The position numbers were made by a program, and so were the translations under genes. 64,000 nt of DNA from Octopus sinensis. Taxonomy: Eukaryota. This document shows positions 24,040-37,984 of the stretch, piece after piece (positions within the stretch are counted from its first letter, which is position 1; the number at the start of each line of letters is the position of its first letter). The stretch is taken from positions 96,968,001-97,032,000 of the forward strand of contig NC_043002.1 in the NCBI RefSeq assembly GCF_006345805.1, written 5' to 3'. The notes beneath the pieces are model-generated. The model saw only the letters and a program-made list of their open reading frames with translations. It did not search any database and was not told where the DNA came from.

Positions 24040-24250
24040 TCTCTTTTTACTCTTTTACTTGTTTCAGTATTTTGACTGTGGCCATGCTGGAGCACCGCCT
24101 TTAGTCGAGCAAATCGACCCCGGGACTTATTCTTTGTAAGACTGGTACTTATTCTATCGGTCTCTATTGCCGAACCGCTAAGTGACGGGGACGTAAACAC
24201 ACCAGCATCGGTTGTCAAGCGATGTTGGGGGGACAAACACAGACACACAA

Positions 24251-24295
<45 letters not shown>

Positions 24296-24452
24296 TACGA
24301 CAGGCTTCTTTCAGTTTCCGTCTACCAAATCCACTCACAAGGCTTTGGTCGGCCCGGGACTATAGCAGAAGACACTTGCCCAAGGTGCCACGCAGTGGGA
24401 CTGAACCCGGAACCATGTGGTTGGTTAGTAAGCTACTTACCACACAGCCACT
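24040..24452 (-). mobile_element. SINE family A, full copy (reverse)
   Basis: Reverse complement of the family A consensus. Confidence 0.9.
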
Positions 24453-24610
24453 CCATGCATACATCTACTCAACTGCACGCATGCTCGTGCCCGCACACAA
24501 GCTCATACACATGCGCACACACACACACACACACACATGCACAAGCACTCACATAAAATTGCAAATCTGTGGTGAATCTTTTTAAACATTTCCTCTATGT
24601 TGTTTTCTAG

Positions 24611-24758
24611 CAACAGGAATGGTATCCGACTGAGGCCTCTCAGTATGCAAATCAAAACTGCACGTCGCCATTCAAAGACATTTATTGAAGATTGTCAGAA
24701 ATCTAAATCCGGCAGTCAGTCATTACAGAACCTCAAATCCTTAAAGCCTGCAAAATCT
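24611..24758 (+). CDS. LRR gene exon 2 (NRNGIRLRPLSMQIKTARRHSKTFIEDCQKSKSGSQSLQNLKSLKPAKS)
   Basis: Acceptor TGTTTTCTAG (alternative CAG at 24614-24616), open frame, donor TCT|GTAAGT in phase 0, compatible with the next exon; non-repetitive, basic/Ser-rich. Confidence 0.65.
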
Positions 24759-24925
24759 GTAAGTGATTCAACTTTTCAATTTTGTTTCCTCTTTTACTTG
24801 TTTCAATCATTTTTTTTTACTGTGGCCATGTTGGAGCACAATCTTTTAGTCGAAGAAATCCATAAGTCCTTTAGAAGATTTATGAATTTCTATCCAAAAG
24901 TCCTTGTTATTACATATAGATATAT

Positions 24926-24989
<64 letters not shown>

Positions 24990-25346
24990 TGTGTGTGCGT
25001 GTGAGTGTGTGTTTGTGTATCTGTGTTTGTCTCCCCAACGTCGCTTGATAACAGATGCTGGTATGTTTACGTCCCCGTAACTTATCGGTTCGACAAAAGG
25101 GACCGAAAAAATAGGTACTAGCCTTACAAAGAATAAGACCTTTTTGCTCTTCTAAATGCGGTGCTCCAGCATGGCTGCAATCGAATGACTGAAACAAATA
25201 AATGTATATATATATATAATTAAACAGCCGAAATTTGCCATGATGATTCGGTTTCTGACTGAAGATCGAAGGCTTCGAATGACTTGTCCGTTTTCCGTGT
25301 TCGTCCCTTCGTGTATTTCACGTTCTTTATATATTAATTTATTATT

Positions 25347-25429
<83 letters not shown>

Positions 25430-26799
25430 CGACGGTATTCCACACAGTTTCTGTCTACTAAAGAAACTCAGAGACATTGATCTTCTATACTACAAGACCC
25501 TAGCTGAAGCTGGCGTACAGTGGGATCGACCATGAGAGCAGGAGGCTGCAAAGCGAATTCCTTAACTGCACAGCTATTTATTTATTTATTTATTTATTTA
25601 TTTATTGACTTGTGCCGAGTCTATCTTGTTGCAAGATGCAAGCATTTGAGCAAGGTCTTTGGTGTGTCGGTAACTTCATAATTTTCATGAAATAAGTCAC
25701 AAGTGCTGCTCTTCCTCCTCTTTGCAAAATCGTTAAGCAGCCATTTTGTTTTGTTGTTTATAATATAGATTTACAAAATTATATTTCAAACAATAAATTT
25801 TTATTACAGCGAATCACACAATCAATCGCTTTAAAGTATTTACCGACGTCTCTATACGTTTCTGAATCCTGTTGGTGTTGATGACTTTGTTTTCCGTGCA
25901 CCCTGGTTAAACCAGTTAAATATAGGTTTTGATTTTATTGACTATACCCCACCCTACAAATTTGTGACCTTCTCTTTGTGTTGAAAATCTTTATTATAAC
26001 GCCTAAACATGAGTAATATTTAGTTTAACTTATTTGATCTCCTAGATGTGAGTCAACATTTAATATTATATTAATTAGTGAATCCTGAGCAACTTATGAT
26101 ACATCAACCTTTAAAAAAAAATATTATTTCAGATTATATAGATCAATAATTTATAGTAGTAAATCAATGAGAATTATTGCTTACTTCAAAGTTTCAATTT
26201 ATTTCATTTGTGTTGTAATATCGAGGTCAAGGCATCATCGATAATCGATCAATCATACCTTCGATTATAAAAACACAAAACGAAATGAGTAAAAAGGTTT
26301 GATTTCAAGCATTTTCTATTTTCTCCACCTTCTATTATATAATAAATGTCTTTTTGGTGTTCGTGGATGTTGATTGATTTTTTTCATATCGTTTTAAGTA
26401 AATATGACAAACGGTAAATAATAATTTGAACAATATATTACGATTTCAAAGGGACAACAAATTAGTTCTATAAATACATGCCATCTGCTGTATAAATATA
26501 AGAAAGGTAAAATGAATAAATACAGATTTGGTAGTCAGGTTCCACACCTGGACGGAAATCTAAAGGTATTTATGTTCTCACAAAGGTCAATGACTCCATG
26601 CACGTCATACATTATTTTCTGATATCTAAATAGTAGTAGCAGTAACCGTGAATTATGATGAGTTCAACCTTAAAGATCTTCTTTATGTGTACGTATTTGA
26701 TATCCTAAGCAACAGAAAGGAATCTGACAGACTTCAAAATCACACCTGTTGATACATTTACATTTATCTCTGGAATGTAATAAACCTTTCTATTAAAGG

Positions 26800-28050
26800 C
26801 ACAAGGCCTGGATTTGTGGGGAGGGGGAGGGAAATCGATCACATCGACCCCAGTACTTGACCGCTACTTATTTATCGACGATGAACAGGAAAAGTCGACC
26901 TCGGCGGAATTTGAACTCAGAACATAGCGACGGACGAAATACCTATTTCTTTACTACCCACAAGGGGCTATACACAGAGGGGACACCAAGGACAGACAAA
27001 CGGATTAAGTCGATTATATCGACCCCACTGCGTAACTGGTACTTAATTTATCGACCCCGAAAGGATGAAGGGCAAAGACGACTTCGGCGGAATTTGAACT
27101 CAGAACGTAACGGCAGACGAAATACCGCTAAGCATTTCGCCCGGCATGCTAACGATTCTGCCAGCTCGCCGACTTTCTTTGGAATGTAATAATAATCCTT
27201 TGTACTATAGGCACAAGGCGAGGGATAAAGAAATAGGTATTTCGTCTGCCGCTACGTTCCGAGTTCAAATTCCGCCGAGGTCGACTTTGCCTTTCATCCT
27301 TTCGGGGTCGATTAAATAAGTACCAGTTACGCACTGGGGTCGATATAATCGACTTAATCCGTTTGTCTGTCCTTGTTTGTCCTCTCTGTGTTTCGCCCCT
27401 TGAGGGTAGTAAAGAAATAGAAATAGGTATTTCGTCTGTCATTACTTTCTGAGTACTAATTCCGCTGAGGTCGACTTTACCTTTCATCCTTTCGGAGTCG
27501 ATAAATTAAGCACCAGTTGCGTACTGGGTCGATCTAATAGACTGACTACTTCCCCAATAATTTCGGGCCTTATACCTAGCGTAGAGAAGAATACGTATAA
27601 AGCGGTGAGCTGGCAGAGACGTTAGCACTCCGTTCAAAAATGCTTCTCAGTATTTTGTTTGTCTTCATGTTCTGAGTTCAAGTTCCAGCGACGTCGATTC
27701 TACTCTTCATTCTTTTTATTTTGGTCAATAAAATAAATACCAGTTGAACACTAGAATCGATGTAGTCGACTTATCCACACCTCGAAATAATTGGCTTTGT
27801 GCCGAAATTTGAAATCAGTATTATGAAAATGAATAAGGCGGCGAGCCGCCAGAATCGTTTGTGCTCCGGTCAAAAGGCTTAGCGGCATTTTGTTCATTTT
27901 CTGAGTTCAGATTCCGCTGAGGTCAACGTTGCCGTTCATCCTTTCGAGGTCAATAAACTAAATACCAGCTGAGCAGTAAAGTCGATGTCATCGACTCACC
28001 TTCTCCCCTGAATTTGCTGGCCTTGTACCAAAATTTGAAACCAAAATTAT
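26800..28050. mobile_element. Cluster of about six SINE family B copies (two -, four +)
   Basis: Repeated family B core in both orientations, with graded divergence. Confidence 0.9.
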
Positions 28051-29177
28051 AAATATGAATATAAAGTTTGTAATTGTGCCAAGATGGAATGAGAAAAGCA
28101 GAATATCTTTAAATCCACTAATTTAAGTAAGAATGTAGAAGCTGAAATGGAAAGGGAGAAATGTAAAATTTCAGAGAAGTAAGATGATAATCTGTACGAG
28201 TCAGAAAATGGATTAGGAAGAATTCTGGCAAGATAGGTATTGTATTCCTCATTATGAGCAGGAAGTAGTTGAATTTTGAGATTTTTCTAGTTATTTGAAA
28301 GACATTTCAGATGTACTGTCGTCCCTTGTAGCTAATGTTTGTAACCATTTAAGAGTGCAGTTCTGCTTTGGTATTCTTGCTTAAAAGATTGAAAAAGGAA
28401 TTCTTCGATAGTAAAAAAACAAAATCTCAGATTTGAGAAACCCACAGAGAAATCTAACGAACATATTTCGAAATAATAAAAGAAAGATTAATCAGAAATT
28501 TGAAAATAAAATAATTAGAAATGCTATCTTGTTTAACACAAAGATCGCAGATTAGAAATTCTAGAGAAATTCATAAGAGACGAAAATACATAAATTGAAA
28601 GATTGAAGACAAAGTGGGCCACAAGAATGAATGAGTGTCACAGGAGAAGATTAAACTCTGCATATACCTGGAATATTGCACGGGAACACCATCAGAAAGA
28701 GATAATATCCATAACGTACACATACGGTTCATAAAAGTTTCATAAAATATTCTAGCATTTTAAATACAGCAATGTTCAATACATATAATTAATTTAAAGA
28801 AAAAATATCTCAGAAAGAAAAAACGAAACACTGAATATGTATAAATATGAACATTGTGTAGTCATTTCAACGCATTAGCAGATCATAAAATTATAAACAA
28901 GAAAAATGATTAACTAACAACTGAAAAAAATAAATGAACGCCTGCCAAAAGAACTTAAAGGTTACAGAAATAGGTCACGCATTTTTAAAACCCACCTAAA
29001 ATAAATCAATATTTGTAAACGGTGTGTGCAGAAAGAAAACGGAATTTAATATTGCTTGTATTATACCAAGAAAATACTCGTGATCCTGTCCACCATTTAG
29101 GGACTTTGAATTGGCAAGGGATTTTAAACTATTATCTCTGTTTATGAGATAATAGAATAAAATAACTAAATGAGAGA

Positions 29178-29231
<54 letters not shown>

Positions 29232-29531
29232 ATATGTGTGTGTGTGTATGTATGTATGTATGTATGTATGTATGTATATATGTATATATGTATGCATGTG
29301 TGTGTGTACGTATGTGTGTATGCATTTAAGCATGCAAAATAAACTAGCATCGTCTATAAAATTATTTTCAAGTAAAATTCAACATCCACACAACTACTCT
29401 GTGTCTTACACTTCTCTTTTATAGGTGATAAAATTCATGTCAATATTGCATATGAAAAGTTATAATAAACTTGAACTGGTTGTTGTTGTTGTTGATTCTC
29501 TTTCTTCCCACCTCTCGCCCTCTCTCTCTTC

Positions 29532-29569
<38 letters not shown>

Positions 29570-29691
29570 TTTGTGTGTGTGTGTGTATTCATGTATGCAG
29601 TGGATTTAGTAGACGGAAGTTGAAAGAAGCTCGACGTGTATATGTGCCTGTGTGTAGTGTGTGTGTGTGTATCTATTTATCTATCTATCAG

Positions 29692-29751
<60 letters not shown>

Positions 29752-29923
29752 AAATAAGCAACAGGATATAGAGGTGATGCAGTATGACCGTTTCAAGCAG
29801 ATCCATTTAACTGAACAATGCAATCATTACACCAATGCAGGTAATGTTTGCATTCTTCAATTAAATGAACTTACTTGAAACGGTCGTACTGCATCACTTC
29901 TGGATATCCTGTTGCTTATCATA

Positions 29924-29969
<46 letters not shown>

Positions 29970-29989
29970 TATAAATGTGTGTGTGTGTG

Positions 29990-30093
<104 letters not shown>

Positions 30094-30279
30094 GTGTGTG
30101 TGTGTGTGGTGTATATAAGGTTGAAAAGGAACATACGAGTCGATATATATGGGAAAAAAGTCAAGATAGAAAATGCTAAAACAATTTTTTTAAAAACATT
30201 TCAGTACCGGTTTCTGTCATTGAAACATTTTCAACTTTAAGTATGGAAAATAATTACATTTTTTTTATGCTCCAGGGCC

Positions 30280-31240
30280 TTACCGTGGCCCTGGGGGCAG
30301 TTCTTCTTGATATGGCCAGGCTCCAGGCACAGGTGACACTTGGGGGGGTCGTCCCTCAAGAATCACCGGATACCTAGGTCCGGCCATTCTCAAAAAGTCT
30401 GGAAATACCACACTTTCGGCTGACTGGGTCCATAGGATCAAAACATCTTTCGACCCCTCCCAGTCAACCGCAGGCAGAATATTCACACCGAGAAGCTTGG
30501 TGCTACTGCCACCCAGACCCCGGCGGATAGTCTCCTCTATCCTCTCGTGCTCAATTCCGGGAGGCAGCCCACACACCCAAGCTCTCTTTAATTTCCGCCC
30601 ACCGTAGGTGGGGAGAAGCAAAATCTTCTGCCCTCCCATCGGCTGGCACGCAAACCCTTTTGCCTCCGCAGGGGTGTCAAAGAGAACACACACAGTTCCG
30701 TACTTTACACCCCTGCGAATGAATCGAAAAGTTGGCAGGTACTTTGCCAACTCTTCGTCAATGTCCGACTGAGAGAACTCAGCGATGGCTTCAAGGACCC
30801 TAGAGTAGGTCCTTAACACCACCGTTCTCTCAGTATAATTCTTTAGCCAATCTTTGGGGGCCACAATTTGCCACTGCAAAGCGGTATTTTTTGTTGCCAT
30901 ATCCAAAAATGAAATAAAAATAAAATGTTCCAAAAAAAGTCCAAAAATATTCAAATAAAAAGTCAACAATGTAACACAAAGAAAAAACGGAAAGACAGAC
31001 GTGAGAAAACGGAATGAAGGAAGACAGTTCGACTGGCAACACAATTCTGTTTCTCAGGTAATCCACAAGTTCGCAGCACAAAAATTAAATTCTCCGCCGT
31101 CCTAGTACTCCTTGCCTGAATGGTAAATCCAAAGGTACGAACACAGCAAAAAACAGGCAAAAATTTTCCTGCCGGGAATACGCCTCCCAAAAACACTATT
31201 CTTACTAGAAAGTGAGTCCTTTGGCAGAACCTCAGGCAGG
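30280..31240 (-). mobile_element. Tx1/L1-like LINE 5' UTR and ORF1 (gag-like, CCHC knuckle), 3' portion missing
   Basis: ATG at 30900, 206-aa ORF; removing one C from a C7 run gives GRPPKCHLCLEPGHIKKNC (CX2CX4HX4C). Confidence 0.75.
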
Positions 31241-31574
31241 CAAACGTCTGGGACAGAGGGGACTCAATTACTCAACAAAAATTATTAATTGTAGAACAAT
31301 AAACTCCACTAATCCCCCCAAAATAAAACAAACGCCTACCTGTAGTCGTGCTTCAAAATGTTTAATTTTCACGTTGCAAAACGTGACTTCTAAGCTGCAT
31401 GAAAAATGCGAACTCTTCAGTCAATGAGGTAAGCAAGCTACTTACCACACAGCCTAACAATGAAAAAATACATTTGATTCATTAGAGAACTCCCGACTCT
31501 TTTTAATACTTCTAGATTAGTCTATAGGTCTTGGTTCATCAAATAACACAAATCATTTTTAACCTTGGAACTGA

Positions 31575-31850
31575 TAAGATCGGTTACTCGGTTAACCATA
31601 GAGTATAAATGACTGAGGTTACAAAATTCCACCTGAATGGGACCCCGCTCCGTTCAGTGCCAGAAACTTTGAAGGGAGGAAACGAGCTGATTACACCGAT
31701 CTCAGTATTTGGCTGGTACTTTATTTTATCGACCTTGAAGAGATGAAAGGCAAAGTTGACCACGGCGGTATTTGAACTCAAAATGTAAAGAACCGAAAGA
31801 AATACCTTCCAGTATTTTATCCTACGCTCTAACCAATCAACTAGCTCGCT
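31575..31850 (-). mobile_element. Diverged SINE family B copy
   Basis: GATGAAAGGCAAAGTTGACC..TTTGAACTCA core. Confidence 0.75.
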
Positions 31851-33684
31851 GTCTTCCTGGTTAATTCACATTATGCTAATTAAATCATATAATTATCACG
31901 GTTCTTTATATTGTCCATTGTTTATTATATGGGATGTGAGTTCAATATTACTCCTGGATAAGTTACAAAATATAAACCAGATAAATTTTGGCGTAGCAAT
32001 GAGAGAAGATTCCAACGTATTCGAATTGTTTTCCAAACAGCCTTCCATTAAAAAAATTATTATTACGTAATATCAAACTTATGAATTAACTTAATATATT
32101 CTACACACTCACACACACACACACACGCACACCAAATTTAAATCTCCACTTCAATATCTCAATTATGAAATGTCAAGTATAAATTTTATTTATTTGTCTG
32201 TTTATTTATTTATTTGCTCATTATAGAACATAGCAAATGATATGGAACTAATTGAAGTTCTATTATTATATTTTAAATCGAATTTTTTAAGGCTCAAATT
32301 TGAAACTAATCATTTCTCCATCGCTTCACACATGAACAAAAGCATTTCACATGTAATGAAGGACATAGAGTATAATTGGGGAGTGTTGACTTCGAAGATG
32401 CTTAGCAATAACAATGGTTCGTGCAGTCCCAAATTGATTACAGAATGCAGATCGAGCTAAAGGTCATCTGAAAGATTTAAATTTATGATAACTGCCCAAA
32501 CTCGAAATATAACTCAGAAAAATAAAATAATAATTGATAGTTTGAATTAAATTCATTTTAATCTTCAATTCATTTAAATATATATGTATTATGTGATGGC
32601 CCTGTAAAATATTTTACTAAAAAGAGGAACTCTTACACACACCAGTTCAATATATGTAGCACTACCGTATCCGGTCCGCAATAGGCAAACAAAATTATCT
32701 TAAATGCAAAAACTCAGCCTCAATGTTAACGTTAACTTTCGTGGCGCAACATCCCGTAGTTATTCAGTTTATGTCCTTCATCACCTGTTTACAGTGGAGT
32801 GACTTTTATCGTGTGCAGTGATTAAGAACTGATTAGTTGCATATTTGAATCTTGTACTTCTAAGCAGAACTTACAAATCGATTTTGAAATATAAAATAAT
32901 TAAAACTCTTGCTTGAGTTATAATTCTGAACGTTCGATAACGAGCGAGAAAAAGAAAAAAAAAATTGTGTTATCAATATTTTTAATTGACAGAAGATTCT
33001 AATATCGAAGTAGAGATTTAAAAGGGAGGGCAGCTTACTAATTAAAATAGATAAAGTTATGAATCACACTTCGTAATCTTCGTAAATAGTCTCTGTCCAT
33101 AATAATTGTATTTGACTGCTGATGTATGCGTGATTTGCATAAGTGTTGGGATGGACGAGTGGTTAGGAATTCCGTTTCATAATCACGATGTTCCGGGTAC
33201 GATCTGACTGCGAAGCATCTTGGGTAAATATCTCCTGCTTTAATCTCAGGCCAAAATGTGTCTTGTGAGTGAAACTGAATCGATGGAAACTGTGAGGAAG
33301 CCTGATGGATGGACTCCATCTTTGTTACAATGGGCCTGTTTTGTCACGTGATATGTCGCATTGATTCTTCCTTACGCTTGCAGTAAAAGCAAGCGTCGCT
33401 GTCGAAGACTCGACCCCTTACACGCTAATATAAGAAACAAATTGATAAAGTGATCGAGAAACTACTAGAATATTGAACGTTGAAAGAGAGATGAGACTAT
33501 TTCCTGTGCGTGTGAGGATCATCAAACGAGATTAATCATTTGGTAGGAATTAAGTGGAATGATCGGATCGTTCGCATCCAGATCGTGCTGAGTCTCTTGT
33601 TAATATTTATTTATATCACTTACTTCAAAAAGTGCTTTAATTACAAAATATCAATCGATAATCTTTGCACATTGGTTGTTTCAG

Positions 33685-33768
33685 ATGAGTTCGTCATCAT
33701 CGCCGGACTCGGAAAATATAATAGATTTACATGGAAAAAACTTGCAGAAAATTGAGAAAATCACCACG
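33685..33768 (+). CDS. LRR gene exon 3 (MSSSSSPDSENIIDLHGKNLQKIEKITT)
   Basis: Acceptor GTTGTTTCAG, donor ACG|GTAATA, 84 nt phase 0-0; encodes an LRR start (IDLHGKNLQKIEKI). Confidence 0.8.
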
Positions 33769-34099
33769 GTAATACATTTAATAAAATATTCTTATTATAA
33801 AGTTCTTTATTCACTGTATAACGTTTAAATAATTATATAGGCCCTTGTCTATTACAGAGTACTTTTAGGTCTGTTTCCGTACTTGTGAACACGCAGAGTG
33901 TATAGTAACCGAGAAACCACTATAACTAGGCGCCTAGTTATAACAGCGAGCAGCATTATTTGGGTGCAGTGTTATTCATAGATAAGGGAGCTGGAAGATA
34001 TACGTGTACTAGTTCCAGGTACTAGATATTTTGGATTTAAGGCAAGTGGTTCGGGTCCTTATTTGTATAAATTAATCTTTAATATCATTTTACGAAAAC

Positions 34100-34590
34100 A
34101 TTGATATTCATTTCTTTACTGCCCATAAGGGGTTATACACAGAGGGGACAAACAAGGACGGACAAACAGATTAAGTCGATTACATCGACCCCAGTGCATA
34201 ACTGGCACTTATTTAATCGATCCCGAAAGGATGAAAGGCAAAGTCGACCTCGGCGGAATTTGAACTCAGAACGTAAAGACAGACGGAATACTGCTAAGCA
34301 TTTCGTCCGGCGTGCTAACGTTTCTGCTAGCTCGCCGCCTTCCTAAAATAACTATTTCTTTACTACCCACAAGGGGTTAAACATAGAGTGGACAAAGAAG
34401 GACAGTCAAACGGATTAAGTCGATTACATCGACCCCAGTGCGCAACTGGTACTTAATTTATCGACTCCGAAAGGATGAAAGGCAAAGTCGACCTCGGCGG
34501 AATTTGAACGCACAACGTAACGGCAGACGAAAAACCGCGAAGCATTTCGCACGGTGGGCTTAACGTTTCTGCCAGCTCGCCGCCTTCAAA
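34100..34590 (-). mobile_element. Two tandem SINE family B copies
   Basis: Family B core twice in the same orientation. Confidence 0.9.
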
Positions 34591-34754
34591 TATTGATATT
34601 CCTTAATGAAAGGGAAATAGCGTTTCAATAAATTCGCTCATCAGGAAACCTGAAAGAAGTAACGACTGACAAATAGACAAACTGAACGAGGGACAGACTG
34701 ACAAGCAAATACACAGACACTTTTGTAGCATCGTGACCTGGTCTCAAGTCTAAA

Positions 34755-35154
34755 TCTTTATATATAAAAGTAAGGTTGTGTGCTGTCTGTCTCCTACGAT
34801 TTAGATTCCTAACTACTCCCACATTTTGCGGTGCAGTTTAACCAAAACCGGGTATCTTATAGTCGTGATTCTTATCGAGCCCTTCTGGGTATTAGCGCGC
34901 GTCTATGATGAGTCTACGATAAAAAAAAAATTACCATCAATTTTTCCCATTTTAATGCATTTTTGGCATATTTAAGGGAAGTAACTCTCTAAAGATTTAT
35001 TATTAAATCTCAGAACGTAAAAAGCTACAGTAACACCCCCCTTTGTGGTTAGCCTTATTGAGATGGCTATTATACTTTTATACTTTACATCTCTTAAAAT
35101 GCTTATATAGTTATTTCCCTTACAAACCCGAGCAACGCCGGGCGATACTGCTAG
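34755..35154 (+). mobile_element. Non-autonomous Helitron, 400 bp
   Basis: A|TC 5' end, subterminal hairpin CCCGAGCAACGCCGGG, CTAG|T 3' end, no target duplication. Confidence 0.85.
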
Positions 35155-35395
35155 TATATTATAATGTACTACTTTCTGTTGTTCCATTCTAAGAGATGTA
35201 GATTCTTTCCTTTCCTCCGTCAATTTCAGAGGCTATGGAAAATGTCATGGGCATTCCCTGTCTTCCTCTGACTAAGCCAGTTACAAACAGATTAGCGAAG
35301 TAATAAAGCCCTTAACCAGAGATATTGTTCTCTTTGCTAACAACCCGATAAAGAAAGAAAAACAAGACAAAATTAAGCTACAGTGTTATTTGTTA

Positions 35396-35793
35396 CTAGC
35401 AGTATCGCCCGGCGTTGCTCGGGTTTGTAAGGGAAATAACTATATAAGCATTTTTAGAGATGTAAAGTATAATAGCCATCTCAATATGGCTAACCACAAA
35501 GTGGGGGGGGTGTTATTGTAGCTTTTTACGTTCTGAGATTTAATAATAAATTTTTAGAGAGTTACTTCCCTGATATATGCCAAAAATGCATTAAAAATGG
35601 GAAAAAATTGATGGTAAATTTTTTTAAATCGTAGACTCATCGTAGACGCGCGCTAATACCCAGAAGGGCTCGATATGAATCACGACTATAAGATACCCGG
35701 TTTTGGTTAAACTGCACCGCAAAATGTGGGAGTAGTTAGGAATCTAAATCGTAGGAGACAGACAGCACACAACCTCTCTTTTATATATAAAGA
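35396..35793 (-). mobile_element. Non-autonomous Helitron, second copy, inverted
   Basis: Reverse complement of 34755-35154 with the same A|TC and CTAG|T termini. Confidence 0.85.
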
Positions 35794-36544
35794 TATGACA
35801 GGTAACTTTGGAAGTATAATTTTGCCACCATGGGTAACAACAGGAAATATGGAATACGTTCAGTAATTATGATTTAACTTTTATCAAATATCTTGGTGCT
35901 TATACAGAAAAAACAAGGATGAAATGAATACATATCGTCGAAAATAAAATATTTCCTAATTGTATAACTCCCCACCCCAAACCTCCTTCTGTCAACAAGC
36001 CAAGTATGTGCACTCATCTTGTATCTTGTACCTCTTATGTTAACTCTTTCTGTATCTTCATTTTATTCTCTCTGTATACAATGAGAGCGTAACTGGAGAA
36101 ATCAACCTACTACATGAAACTTCATTTATCGCTGATTCATTCACCACTGATCCGGAAGAACACAGTACGCTCAACTGTGAACCATGTTATGATTATCACG
36201 GATTGGTCTTTTATAACAAGTATTGTGCGGACTGTCGAAGATTCTGCCTATACCATATAAACGCACCTTAGTGACACCCCCCCCACACACACACACACAC
36301 ATATACACAATCCTCAGCTAACAAGAAATCACCGACTATCGCTTGTGCTTACATGAACGTGTAGCGAGTCTGCGTATTTCTTTATATAGACTTTCGCACT
36401 CGTACCTATTAACATCGGACCAGTGAATAGAGAAGCTATGAAGGTGCCTCATCCACACAAGTGACTCAGACGAGTATATTTTGATCAAAAAGATACATGA
36501 CGGTGGGTGCTTTGCAGCTTTAGGAATTGAGTTTGCTGTCGATA

Positions 36545-36960
36545 AATCAACCATTAAACGTTAGCACGTATTTCGTCTGTCTTCATGTTCTGAGTTCAAA
36601 TTCCGTCCTGGTCGAATTTGTTTTTCATCGTTTCGGGGTTGATAAATTAAGTACCTATTTCTTTATTACCCACAAGGGGCTAAACGCAGAGGGGACAAAC
36701 AAGGACAGACATAGGTATTAAGTCGATTACATCGACCCAGTGCGTAACTGGTACTTAATTTATCGACCCCGAAAGGATGAAAGGCAATGTCGACCTCGGC
36801 GGAATTTGAACTCACAACGTAACGCAGACGAAATACCGCTAAGCATTTCACCCGGCATGCTAACGCCTTAATTAAGTACCAGTTGCATGCTGGGGTTGAT
36901 CTAATCAGCTGGCCCCCCTCTCCCTAAATTTCGGGCCTTGTACTTAGAGTAGAAAAGAAA
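36545..36960. mobile_element. SINE family B fragments (+ 36555-36655, - 36655-36870, alternative tail to 36960)
   Basis: Family B core in both orientations. Confidence 0.85.
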
Positions 36961-37120
36961 AGAATAAACCAACCATTTATTCCATTTAAAAATGCATGTG
37001 GTGATTCACGTATCGCTGTTTTTATTATAATTTTACCTACGCATCGTGATAAACGAGGATAGATATATTATTATATACAGATACTGATAATTGATATTGT
37101 TAAATTAATATTTTCTACAG

Positions 37121-37192
37121 GAGCAGCGCCCCAGCGTACTAGATCTATCGTGTAACAACATAGAGAAAATCGAAAACTTGAAAAATCTGGAA
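37121..37192 (+). CDS. LRR gene exon 4 (EQRPSVLDLSCNNIEKIENLKNLE)
   Basis: Acceptor TTTTCTACAG, donor GAA|GTAAGT, 72 nt phase 0-0; SDS22-type LRR motif LDLSxNxIxKIENL. Confidence 0.9.
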
Positions 37193-37984
37193 GTAAGTAT
37201 GTGTAGTTAGCGTTTAATTATTAATTAAGAACAAATGACTACTAACCATTATGATGCTTTATTAAACTAAAGGTACAACGATTCTTAATAATGTGGGAGG
37301 AGTTTGCGTATATATTTATTGAGCGCGCGCATACATATTACACACATAAACCCACTCACACGTACGCACACACACACACACACACACGTATTTATATGCA
37401 AGTGAGTGGACAGACGAAAGAAAGAGGCACCCAACTCATTTTATAAGAGTGACATATATATTTACGAAAGGATGCTAAACATTTCCTGGCTTTGGGTAAA
37501 AGAAAATACAGGAGTATCAGTTAATTAGGATTTTATTCAACATACTTCCCTTTCAAATTCACACACTTATTGTAGCAGTCTTTCGGTTTATGTAAGCCCT
37601 GTAAAAGAACTTGGATGTTTGGGCCTCTAACCAGGCCTTTCAGGTTATCCATAAAGCCAGGAATTTTTCAGTACCCTTCGTATTTAAAATAGTTTGATTC
37701 AGCACCATGCACCTTAAATTTTTTAGGCATTTTTATAGAAACCTAGCTCGTAGGATACAGCAGCCAAATTGAGAGGTTCAAGAAGTCTAAGGTGGCTACC
37801 GGGAAATAGTATGCTATTGGTTAAGATAGGTCATGCGGTGTTATCAGAAATGGAATTGAAATTTCAGCGACATCAAATCCATTTAAGAAGAGATCCCAAT
37901 ATGAATTTCATGAACCTGGTGGCGTCTCGTTGCCTAGCTGGTCTTCGAAGGGACTTGAGCAACATCGACGCGGCGGGGCAGTTT

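Noticed and set aside
26526-26565. Candidate extra LRR-gene exons at about 26526-26565, 53686 and 55723
   Set aside because: Weak acceptor or in-frame stops in the required phase; the model already joins in frame without them.
35824-35877. Perfect Kozak GCCACCATGG
   Set aside because: Opens only a 15-codon ORF in an intron; likely chance.
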